DNA of 24,000 nucleotides from Legionella cardiaca (GTDB lineage Bacteria; Pseudomonadota; Gammaproteobacteria; Legionellales; Legionellaceae): NCBI RefSeq assembly GCF_029026145.1, contig NZ_CP119078.1, positions 1,649,036 to 1,673,035 of the forward strand, read 5' to 3'. Shown piece by piece: positions 16,558 to 24,000 of this stretch (position 1 is its first letter; each line of letters starts with the position of its first letter). The notes under the pieces were generated by a model. It saw only the letters and a program-made list of their open reading frames with translations, ran no database searches and was not told where the DNA came from. The position numbers and the translations under genes were made by a program.

Positions 16558-18627
16558 TTATCCTGTTAAACCTAATCCAACCAGTACCAAATCGATCATT
16601 TTGATGCCTATAAACGGTATTAATAAACCACCTAAGCCATAAATTAAAACATTGCTTCGTAACAATCGTGCAGCCGATAGGCGACGATACTTAACGCCAC
16701 GCAAAGCCAAGGGAATAAGTCCAATAATAATTAATGCATTAAAGATAACTGCTGAAAGAATAGCGCTGTTTGGTGTAGCAAGATGCATAATATTAAACAC
16801 ATTAAGTGCAGGATAAGTGGCGGAAAAGGCAGCAGGTAAAATTGCAAAATATTTAGCAACATCATTCGAAATACTAAATGTTGTTAATGCTCCTCTTGTC
16901 ATTAAGAGCTGCTTACCAATTTCTACTACTTCAATTAGTTTAGTAGGATTAGAATCCAAATCAACCAAATTACCTGCTTCTTTTGCTGCTTGCGTGCCTG
17001 TATTCATGGCAACAGCAACATCTGCTTGTGCCAGAGCAGGGGCATCGTTTGTACCATCACCAGTCATTGCAACCAAATGTCCTTCCGCTTGTAGATTACG
17101 TATTAATTTTAATTTATCTTCAGGTTTTGCATTAGCTAAGAAATCATCGACACCCGCCTCGCTGGCTATTGCTGTCGCAGTAAGCGGATTATCACCGGTG
17201 ACCATAATCGTCTTAATACCCATCTGCCGTAATTGCGCAAATCGCTCACGAATACCACCTTTAACAATATCTTTCAGGTGTACCACGCCTAATACTTTCG
17301 ATTCTTCAGCAACCACCAGTGCAGTACCTCCTTTACGTGAAATTTTTTCCACATTTCGGCGAAGTGTATCCGAAAAAGAGCCACCTAGTTGTTTAACGTA
17401 CTCTTCAACTGCTTCATCTGCTCCTTTACGGATTTGTCTGTCCTGTAAATTAACACCACTCATCCTTGTTTGCGCAGTAAAAGGAACAAATGTAGCTCCC
17501 ATCTCCGCAATATCTCTACCGCGCAAACCATATTTTTCTTTGGCCAAAATTACAATACTACGCCCCTCAGGAGTTTCATCTGCAAGTGAGGCTAGTTGGG
17601 CAGCGTCAGCTAAAGTTTCTATGCTAACACCTGTTTCAGGAATAAATTCTGTTGCCTGTCGATTACCTAACGTAATAGTTCCTGTTTTATCGAGCAATAA
17701 CACATCTATATCACCTGCAGCCTCCACCGCTCTACCGGATAAAGCAATAACGTTCGCTTGAATCATTCGATCCATTCCGGCAATACCAATAGAAGACAGT
17801 AATCCTCCAATTGTGGTTGGTGCAAGGCAAACAAATAAAGCAACCAACACGGTCACTGTGATGACTTTACCTCCCCCTGCAGCAGCCACGCTATGAATAG
17901 AAAAAGGTAATAACGTTGCACAAACCAGTAAAAATACAATGGTCAGTGCGGCCAATAATATGGTTAATGCAAGTTCATTCGGTGTCTTTTGGCGTCGTGC
18001 TCCTTCCACCAATGAAATCATTCGATCTAAGAAAGTTTCACCTGGATTTGAGGTGATACGTATAATTAACCAGTCAGAAATCACTTGTGTACCACCTGTT
18101 ACGGCACTACGGTCGCCACCACTTTCACGAATAACTGGAGCGCTTTCACCCGTAACAGCACTTTCATTCACTGAAGCAACCCCTTCAATCACTTCCCCAT
18201 CATTAGGAATAAGATCGCCGGCTTCTACTAAAACGACGTCACCAACGCGTAATTTTATGGATGGGATTAAGGTTATTTTTGCCTCTTTAGAAGGCTTGGC
18301 TAATTTCTTAGCCTGAATATCCCGTCGCGCTCGACGCAATGCATCTGCTTGCGCTTTCCCCCGCCCTTCTGCCATTGCTTCAGCAAAATTAGCAAACAAA
18401 ACAGTAAACCAAAGCCATAAAGTAATTGCCAAAATAAAAGGAGGCGCTGTTTCTCCTTTACCGGTGAAAGCCTGAATAAAAAGAGCAGTAGTTAATATCG
18501 CACCAACATACACCGTAAACATAACAGGATTTTGTATTTGATGGTGTGGAGATAACTTTAAAATGGCGTCTCTTGCAGCAGCACTTATTATCTTGAAATT
18601 CCAGACAGAATGTATCTTAGCGACCAT
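16558..18627 (-). CDS. kdpB: K+-transporting P-type ATPase catalytic subunit KdpB
   Basis: TGESAPV, phosphorylation motif [22 protein letters not shown], and hinge [21 protein letters not shown]. Confidence 0.95.
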   Translation of the reverse strand: MVAKIHSVWNFKIISAAARDAILKLSPHHQIQNPVMFTVYVGAILTTALFIQAFTGKGETAPPFILAITLWLWFTVLFANFAEAMAEGRGKAQADALRRARRDIQAKKLAKPSKEAKITLIPSIKLRVGDVVLVEAGDLIPNDGEVIEGVASVNESAVTGESAPVIRESGGDRSAVTGGTQVISDWLIIRITSNPGETFLDRMISLVEGARRQKTPNELALTILLAALTIVFLLVCATLLPFSIHSVAAAGGGKVITVTVLVALFVCLAPTTIGGLLSSIGIAGMDRMIQANVIALSGRAVEAAGDIDVLLLDKTGTITLGNRQATEFIPETGVSIETLADAAQLASLADETPEGRSIVILAKEKYGLRGRDIAEMGATFVPFTAQTRMSGVNLQDRQIRKGADEAVEEYVKQLGGSFSDTLRRNVEKISRKGGTALVVAEESKVLGVVHLKDIVKGGIRERFAQLRQMGIKTIMVTGDNPLTATAIASEAGVDDFLANAKPEDKLKLIRNLQAEGHLVAMTGDGTNDAPALAQADVAVAMNTGTQAAKEAGNLVDLDSNPTKLIEVVEIGKQLLMTRGALTTFSISNDVAKYFAILPAAFSATYPALNVFNIMHLATPNSAILSAVIFNALIIIGLIPLALRGVKYRRLSAARLLRSNVLIYGLGGLLIPFIGIKMIDLVLVGLGLTG

Positions 18628-20434
18628 ATTGCCCCCAAAGCATTACTTGCTCCACGATGGGTCCCAGAGAAAGTGCAGGCAGAAACGAAAGAGCTCCTAG
18701 AATAATTGTTATACCAACTAAAAGAATAATAAAAAGAGGTGTGTGCGTAGCAAGGGTTCCTGAACTAGAGGGTATCCTTTTTTTACGAGCCAGAGAACCA
18801 GCAATAGCAATTACGGGAACAGCAATCCAATATCGGCTAATTAGCATCACGATACCGCCGACAATATTATAAAAAGGTGTGTTTGCATTTAATCCTGCAA
18901 ACGCACTACCGTTATTATTTCCCATTGAAGTGAATGCATAAAGTATCTCTGTAAATCCATGGGGACCTGGATTTGCAATTGAACTAATCCCTGCCTCTGT
19001 AATAACCCCTGCTGCTGTTGAAACCAGAACAATCAATGGCATTATCAACACCGCGAAAGAAGCCATTTTCATCTCATAGGGTTCAATTTTTTTACCTAGA
19101 TATTCCGGCGTTCTTCCCACCATTAATCCAGCAACAAATACTGTAATAATCACAAGCATTAGCATTCCATACAAACCGGAGCCTACTCCTCCAAAAACAA
19201 CTTCTCCTAAATGCATTAATAATAAAGGAATCAAACCACCCAAAGGGGTGAAAGAATCAAGCATTGAATTGACAGAACCATTAGAAGCTGCTGTTGTAGA
19301 AGTTGCCCAAAGCGCTGAGTTAGTAATACCAAAACGTGTTTCTTTTCCCTCCATATTCCCTGCAGGATAAAGATTATATTGAGGAGCCGGATCGACTCCC
19401 ATTTGAGTTAATGCGGGATTTCCCTGTTGCTCGCTAATAATCTCAACAATACTAAAAGGAATAAAAATGATTAACATTGCCACCAATATTGCCCAACCTT
19501 GCCTTTTATCATTAACCATTACCCCAAAGGCATAACAAAGTGCGGCAGGAATTAGTAATATCGCCAACATTTCAAGGAAATTGGTTAACGGCGTTGGATT
19601 TTCAAATGGATGCGCAGAATTGGTATTAAAAAAACCACCACCATTAGTTCCTAGTTGTTTAATTGCAATTTGGGATGCAGCTGGCCCCATGGGAATGGTT
19701 TGAACAGTGACATTTATTGTTTTTGTCACGGGCTTGCCTTGCGCATCCATCATCACATTATTTTGGGTATCATGAAGAGGTTGTTCATAACTTATTGCTT
19801 GGAGGAGATTTATTTTTTCATACGATTTAAAATTCTGAATTACACCTTGCGATGTTAAAATAATGGCTAATAGGAATGAAAGTGGTAATAAGATATAGAG
19901 AATTCCTCTCACACTATCTACCCAAAAATTTCCCAAACCGGAGCTTTCATGTTTTGAAATGCCTCTTATCAATGCCATAAGTAAAGACATACCGGTCGCT
20001 GCGGAAATAAAATTTTGTACAGTCAAAGCCAGCATTTGTGTAAGATAACTTAAAGTAGTTTCGCCACCGTATGCCTGCCAATTTGTATTCGTTATAAAAC
20101 TAGCAGCAGTATTAAAACTAAGTTGAGGTGAAAGTGAAGCAAAATTTTCTGGGTTTAAAGGAAGATATATTTGAAGCCTTTGGATTGCATAAACTATTAA
20201 CAAACCTAATAAATTGAAAAATAGCATCGCTGATAAATACCTTTTCCAATCCATTTCTTCATTGTACTGAATGTTGCATAGCCGATAAACTAAACGTTCG
20301 AAAGGTTTACATAGCCGATCTAACCCACACGATTTGCCCTGATAAACTTGTGCAATATACCACCCAAGCGGCTTGACGAGCAGGAGTAGGGCTAAAATGA
20401 AGAGAACAACTTGAAGCTTATCAATCCCTAACAT
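18617..20434 (-). CDS. kdpA: K+-transporting ATPase K+-binding subunit KdpA
   Basis: Polytopic. [22 protein letters not shown] and other blocks are collinear with E. coli KdpA. 11-nt overlap with kdpB. Confidence 0.95.
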   Translation of the reverse strand: MLGIDKLQVVLFILALLLLVKPLGWYIAQVYQGKSCGLDRLCKPFERLVYRLCNIQYNEEMDWKRYLSAMLFFNLLGLLIVYAIQRLQIYLPLNPENFASLSPQLSFNTAASFITNTNWQAYGGETTLSYLTQMLALTVQNFISAATGMSLLMALIRGISKHESSGLGNFWVDSVRGILYILLPLSFLLAIILTSQGVIQNFKSYEKINLLQAISYEQPLHDTQNNVMMDAQGKPVTKTINVTVQTIPMGPAASQIAIKQLGTNGGGFFNTNSAHPFENPTPLTNFLEMLAILLIPAALCYAFGVMVNDKRQGWAILVAMLIIFIPFSIVEIISEQQGNPALTQMGVDPAPQYNLYPAGNMEGKETRFGITNSALWATSTTAASNGSVNSMLDSFTPLGGLIPLLLMHLGEVVFGGVGSGLYGMLMLVIITVFVAGLMVGRTPEYLGKKIEPYEMKMASFAVLIMPLIVLVSTAAGVITEAGISSIANPGPHGFTEILYAFTSMGNNNGSAFAGLNANTPFYNIVGGIVMLISRYWIAVPVIAIAGSLARKKRIPSSSGTLATHTPLFIILLVGITIILGALSFLPALSLGPIVEQVMLWGQYGR

Positions 20435-20454
20435 ACAAAATCCATTTCACCCAA

Positions 20455-20541
20455 TTAGAACAGTTCTGGTTTAAATAAAACAATCATCAAGTAAATAAGT
20501 AACGCGAACGCGATTAACCCGCATATCCAATAAAGACTCAT
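20455..20541 (-). CDS. kdpF: KdpF small membrane subunit (28 aa; not in the ORF track)
   Basis: My translation of the reverse complement gives MSLYWICGLIAFALLIYLMIVLFKPELF*. AAGGAG sits 7 nt upstream. The stop is 20 nt before the kdpA ATG. Size, hydrophobicity and position fit KdpF. Confidence 0.7.
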   Translation of the reverse strand: MSLYWICGLIAFALLIYLMIVLFKPELF

Positions 20542-20633
20542 TCTTTACTCCTTGATAGCGAATCAAAGAACTTGATTAAAACAAAGCAAAAAATAAAAAA
20601 AATGAGGACAGTAATTATTAAGAGAGTATCCAT
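20538..20633 (-). CDS. Candidate 31-aa hydrophobic peptide, translationally coupled (ATGA overlap) to kdpF
   Basis: My translation gives MDTLLIITVLIFFIFCFVLIKFFDSLSRSKE*. GGAG sits 4 nt upstream of the ATG. Its TGA overlaps the kdpF ATG. It could be a chance ORF in T-rich DNA. Confidence 0.3.
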   Translation of the reverse strand: MDTLLIITVLIFFIFCFVLIKFFDSLSRSKE

Positions 20634-20786
20634 CCATCTCCAACCTCTGAATCAACAATTTTCAATCTTAACACAGAGTAATAAAGACAAGAATAGAATT
20701 GTTCTACACTCTTTCATCTTTTAATCACATGATTTCATTGACTTAACATGCTAGTATTATGCCATTTTCACATAACTTTAATCGTA

Positions 20787-21305
20787 ATGGATAAAATTTG
20801 CATAAGAGAACTTTCCCAAGAAGATGAAACCATTTTTCTCAATACTATGCAAAAAAGCTCCCATTTTCACTCCCCTTTTGTAATAGCACCACAAACGGTT
20901 GAAGAATTTCAGATCTACTTTCGCAAATCTCAGCAGGATGATCAAAAATGTTACTTAGCTATTAGCGAGCTTGATATCATCGGAGTATTTTGTATTAGTG
21001 GTATCGTGCGAGGCGTTTTTCAAAGTGCTTATCTTGGTTACTATGCTTCTATTGATTATGCTGATAAAGGATTAATGAGTGCTGCTCTTAAACTGGTTTT
21101 AAAAAAAATTTTTCTGGACTTAAAATTACATCGCATCGAAGCAAATATTCAGCCATCAAATAAGGCCTCGATACGTTTAGCTACTCAAAATGGTTTTCTT
21201 AAAGAAGGGTTTTCCCCAAGATATTTAAAGGTTAATAATACATGGTGTGATCATTTACGTTTTGCTTTAACTTATGAAGACTGGTTAGCCAATCAGCAAA
21301 TTTAA
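20787..21305 (+). CDS. GNAT family N-acetyltransferase (RimJ/RimL-like)
   Basis: MDKICIRELSQEDE... start chosen over the upstream ATG at 20748. LHRIEANIQPSNKASIRLATQNGFLKEG is typical of RimJ/RimL-type GNATs. Confidence 0.8.
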   Translation: MDKICIRELSQEDETIFLNTMQKSSHFHSPFVIAPQTVEEFQIYFRKSQQDDQKCYLAISELDIIGVFCISGIVRGVFQSAYLGYYASIDYADKGLMSAALKLVLKKIFLDLKLHRIEANIQPSNKASIRLATQNGFLKEGFSPRYLKVNNTWCDHLRFALTYEDWLANQQI

Positions 21306-21419
21306 AGAAAAATAAATATCTTAATCTATAAACCCTCGTGAGAAAAAATTACAAGTCAAGACTGGTTTTTTCTTTTTTATTTGGTACGATAACCGTCAAT
21401 TCTCTTACTCCATTAACAC

Positions 21420-21437
21420 TCCACAATCTGTGGATAT
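21420..21437. promoter_or_regulatory. TCCACA-N3-TGTGGA palindrome containing a DnaA-box-like 9-mer
   Basis: TCCACAATCTGTGGA at 21420-21434. TGTGGATAT at 21429-21437 is the reverse complement of ATATCCACA, 1 mismatch from TTATCCACA. Confidence 0.3.
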
Positions 21438-21544
21438 TTTTTTAGCTATTCAGCTATTATTCCTAGTTCCCTCAATCTTTTTCCATAAAAAAGTCAATAA
21501 AACAATACCTTTTTCGTAAAAAGTTATATCAAGTAAAAATAGAA

Positions 21545-21567
21545 ATATCCACAGTTTCTGTGGATAA
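21545..21567. promoter_or_regulatory. Perfect 21-bp palindrome made of two head-to-head DnaA-box-like 9-mers
   Basis: TATCCACAG-TTT-CTGTGGATA at 21546-21566. ATATCCACA at 21545-21553 has 1 mismatch. TGTGGATAA at 21559-21567 is the reverse complement of the consensus TTATCCACA, an exact match. Confidence 0.4.
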
Positions 21568-21670
21568 CATTGTTAATACTATCTCTAAGTCATTGTTCTC
21601 AATTCAAATTGAAACACTGATTACGTATTTTACAAACGTCTTTTGTTATTTCTCAACGAAGAATCATATG

Positions 21671-24000
21671 TTATGCATCAACGACAAGATTACCATTTTG
21701 AACAAGTGAATTAATAACTTCTGCCGGGTTAGCTAAAGGCGTTCCAGCAGGATCTGTCGTTAAATTAACACCTTGGAAAATAACCGTTTGTGAAGGATTA
21801 GAGAAATCACCACCGCCATCAGCATCAATTTTCAGAGTTGTAGCATTCGTTCCGCTGTCATAGGTAAAATTGAGATAACTCTGCAGACTTGCACCATCAG
21901 CATGCTCACCACTCAAGAAATCTGAGAGATTTAATACATCACCACCCTGGCTGGCAGGTGCTTTGTTAAAATCAGTAATGGTGTCCGTTGATGGCATAGG
22001 AATATTACCATCGTCTTTCATCCACAAAAAGGTGTCACTGCCAGAACCGCCAGTTAGGCGATCAGTACCTTTACCCCCTTGTATTAAATCAGCTCCTCCT
22101 CCACCACTTATTATGTCGTTACCATCTAAACCTTGAAGTATATTTGCAGAACTATTTCCAGTTAACGTGTCATTAAAATTAGATCCAGTGAGGTTTTCAA
22201 TATTGATTAAAGTATCTTTACCTGCCCCTATGGTCTCTTGAGAAGAAGTTGTATTCAAAGTAACGTTAACACCTGCTGCTGCATCAATATAAGTCGCAGT
22301 GTCATTTCCCGCACCACCGTCTAACTTATCATTGCCAGCACCGCCAGCAAGAATGTCGTTTCCATCCCCGCCGTTTAGTGTATCATTGCCGCCTAGGCCA
22401 ATGAGAATATCATCACCGCCACCACCATTTATGGTATCCGCAGCTGAAGTTCCAGAGCCATCTCGTCCTAACAAAATTTCATTTCTATACGTACCGTCTA
22501 AAGTATCTTGATTCTCTTGGGAACGATTAATATCGACATTTGCAGTTGCTGACTCATTCCCCGTTGTATTTGTGTAGGAAAACGGATGAGGTGTCAAAAC
22601 ATCATACGTGCCATCTTTTGCGCTAGCATCCTCCTCTACAAAATTAACAGTGTTGGTTGCAAGACTTACACTACCTTCGTCTGGGTTAGATGAAACACTA
22701 GTAATTGTTGAAGCTCCACTTCCACCGGAGTCATTAGCTAATAATGCCCAGGTTGGGATTCGAATCATATCATTTCCGGCAACCGCAGCTTGATTGGTAA
22801 GAATAAGGTCATCTCGAACAATCAAAGGTTGATTCGTTCCAGCAACATTAAAAATAAAATTGATTGTTGCACTAGCACTATCTCCATCATTATCAGTTAT
22901 TACAAAATCAATTGCTCGATTTATTGGACTTGTTAATTGATCAGGAGGCGTGAATGTGTAACTACCATTATCCAGATCTACAGAAAACATTTCACCCGTG
23001 CTTAGGGTAACTATTAATACATGGCTAGTGGTATCGTAAGTATAACTGTTCGTTCCTTCACTAGGAGAGCCGCTGGTAGTAATAGCATTAAGGTTACTGT
23101 TAACTGTATAAGTAATACCGTTTACTGTAACAGCATGAATATGTCCACCACCATCCGCGCCAAAAGAATCCAGAGGGGTAGGACCGGTAATTAAACTACC
23201 AGTGATGGGACTAGTTGTAATGGTATTTACCAAAACAGAGGATAAATCACCAAGATCATTAACAACAATGGCTGGGATGTTGGTACCATTGGTGCCATTA
23301 TATGCAATAGGTTGAAGGTTACTTACTGAAATATTATCACCCATACCTAACGCATAAGATCTTATCTGTTCGCCTCCAGCGGCTGAACCATTAGTATCAC
23401 GAAGAAATGCTTCCCATGCAGCCTGCTCATTAGATTGAATACCATTTTGGAATTGTGTGCCCTGAACGTCGGGCCAATCAGAGGATGCGGTGGGATTACC
23501 ATCAGAAATAAAGTAAGAAACGTTTTGAGCATTTGCAATTCGTCCATTAGCTTGCCCAACCTCACCAGTATTAAATGCACTCATAGCTGTAATAAGTGCT
23601 GCATCAAAATTTGTGGTACCACCCACAGCAAGCCCTAGAATTGTATTTTTAGCAGCATCTACAGTCATCCAACCAGAACCATTCGCTGTTGCTGACGTAC
23701 TGAATGTTACAATTCGCACTTTTACATTACCAAGCGCTTCATATTGTTCCAGCAATTCTAATGAAGAATTGATTAATGCTGCAATACCATCCCCTTGCAT
23801 ACTTCCAGAAACATCAAGAATTAACATCAAATTGGTATCAACTCCTTCACTTGTTATTCCTTCCCGAGTAATGTTTGATGCCACCGGCGTATCATCATTC
23901 ACCGTGATTGATAATCCATTAGCTGGGGCTGTGACTACATCCCCATCTGCATCACTTGCCCGTACCATTGAACCTAAGTTAATCACTAAGTTATTTTCAT
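21671..24000 (-). CDS. C-terminal part of a giant T1SS-secreted RTX adhesin (VWA domain, Ca2+-binding nonapeptide repeats, C-terminal secretion domain); 5' end outside the window
   Basis: The reading frame is open to base 24000; the track start at 23986 is only a GTG. VWA MIDAS motif LILDVSGSM ... GGTTNF ... ISDGNP. FGADGGG / DNDGDS T1SS-143-like repeat. RTX block GGGGDDILIGLGGNDTLNGGDGNDILAGGAGNDKLDGGAGND and GLDGNDIISGGGGADLIQGGKGTDRLTGGSGSD. C-terminal DTITDF...GGDVLNLSDFL type-I secretion target motif. Confidence 0.9.
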   Translation of the reverse strand, partial: ENNLVINLGSMVRASDADGDVVTAPANGLSITVNDDTPVASNITREGITSEGVDTNLMLILDVSGSMQGDGIAALINSSLELLEQYEALGNVKVRIVTFSTSATANGSGWMTVDAAKNTILGLAVGGTTNFDAALITAMSAFNTGEVGQANGRIANAQNVSYFISDGNPTASSDWPDVQGTQFQNGIQSNEQAAWEAFLRDTNGSAAGGEQIRSYALGMGDNISVSNLQPIAYNGTNGTNIPAIVVNDLGDLSSVLVNTITTSPITGSLITGPTPLDSFGADGGGHIHAVTVNGITYTVNSNLNAITTSGSPSEGTNSYTYDTTSHVLIVTLSTGEMFSVDLDNGSYTFTPPDQLTSPINRAIDFVITDNDGDSASATINFIFNVAGTNQPLIVRDDLILTNQAAVAGNDMIRIPTWALLANDSGGSGASTITSVSSNPDEGSVSLATNTVNFVEEDASAKDGTYDVLTPHPFSYTNTTGNESATANVDINRSQENQDTLDGTYRNEILLGRDGSGTSAADTINGGGGDDILIGLGGNDTLNGGDGNDILAGGAGNDKLDGGAGNDTATYIDAAAGVNVTLNTTSSQETIGAGKDTLINIENLTGSNFNDTLTGNSSANILQGLDGNDIISGGGGADLIQGGKGTDRLTGGSGSDTFLWMKDDGNIPMPSTDTITDFNKAPASQGGDVLNLSDFLSGEHADGASLQSYLNFTYDSGTNATTLKIDADGGGDFSNPSQTVIFQGVNLTTDPAGTPLANPAEVINSLVQNGNLVVDA

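Noticed and set aside
16817-17761. 314-aa ORF on the plus strand, plus 125 aa at 17939-18316 and 71 aa at 18657-18872.
   Set aside because: All lie entirely antisense to the strongly supported kdpB/kdpA genes. The translations are low-complexity Ser/Ala/Pro-rich, typical of shadow ORFs opposite well-conserved coding sequence. No independent start or RBS signal.
20748-20786. Upstream ATG giving a 13-aa extension (MLVLCHFHITLIV) to the GNAT protein.
   Set aside because: GNAT RimJ/RimL-type proteins typically begin near the MDKICIRELS-type strand, and the extension adds nothing recognisable. Kept as an alternative only.
22299-22793. 70-aa and 61-aa plus-strand ORFs (also 23362-23580 on the minus strand and 23435-23638 on the plus strand) inside the RTX adhesin gene.
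   Set aside because: They overlap the long adhesin frame. The Pro/Ser-rich translations mirror the GGxGxD repeat codons. No support as genes.
1-24000. Scan by eye for tRNA/rRNA genes, CRISPR arrays, IS/transposase or integrase genes, toxin-antitoxin pairs and known defence-system hallmarks (nucleases, helicases, STAND/AAA+ ATPases).
   Set aside because: None seen. The only regular repeats are the in-frame coiled-coil and RTX repeats. No terminal inverted repeats flank any gene block. A computational scan (tRNAscan-SE, Infernal, ISfinder, DefenseFinder) would be needed to be definitive.

Overview
Visibly AT-rich bacterial chromosomal window. The gene content looks like a Legionella-type, amoeba-associated intracellular gammaproteobacterium; this is an inference from protein architectures, not a database result.

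The right half (14.0-20.6 kb, minus strand) holds a conventional kdpF-A-B-C-D high-affinity K+ uptake operon. Its KdpD stops right after the GAF-like domain, so it has no histidine-kinase transmitter, and no kdpE follows. A possible extra 31-aa membrane peptide is translationally coupled upstream of kdpF.

The right edge (21.7-24.0 kb, minus strand) is the C-terminal part of a giant T1SS-secreted RTX/VWA adhesin. The gene runs off the window.

The left and middle (0.1-13.8 kb) mix housekeeping-like genes with eukaryote-like, effector-like proteins.
- Housekeeping-like genes: DUF1415, MFS transporter, VOC/glyoxalase, phasin-like, SAM methyltransferase, YkuD_2 L,D-transpeptidase-like and GyrI-like.
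- A PPR-like repeat + Smr protein.
- A 685-aa protein with an OTU-like Cys loop, a 4x 26-aa tandem coiled-coil repeat and a C-terminal TM segment.
- A Ras/Rab-like small GTPase fused to a coiled coil and a glycine-zipper TM hairpin.
- A 591-aa protein with four collinear motifs resembling the EF-P arginine rhamnosyltransferase EarP (GT-B fold), with no efp nearby. I consider this the most novel candidate.

A non-coding spacer between convergent genes (21.3-21.7 kb) carries three DnaA-box-like 9-mers, two of them inside a perfect 21-bp palindrome. I saw no tRNA, rRNA, CRISPR array, IS element or recognisable defence system. All domain calls come from motif reading by eye and memory; no searches were run.
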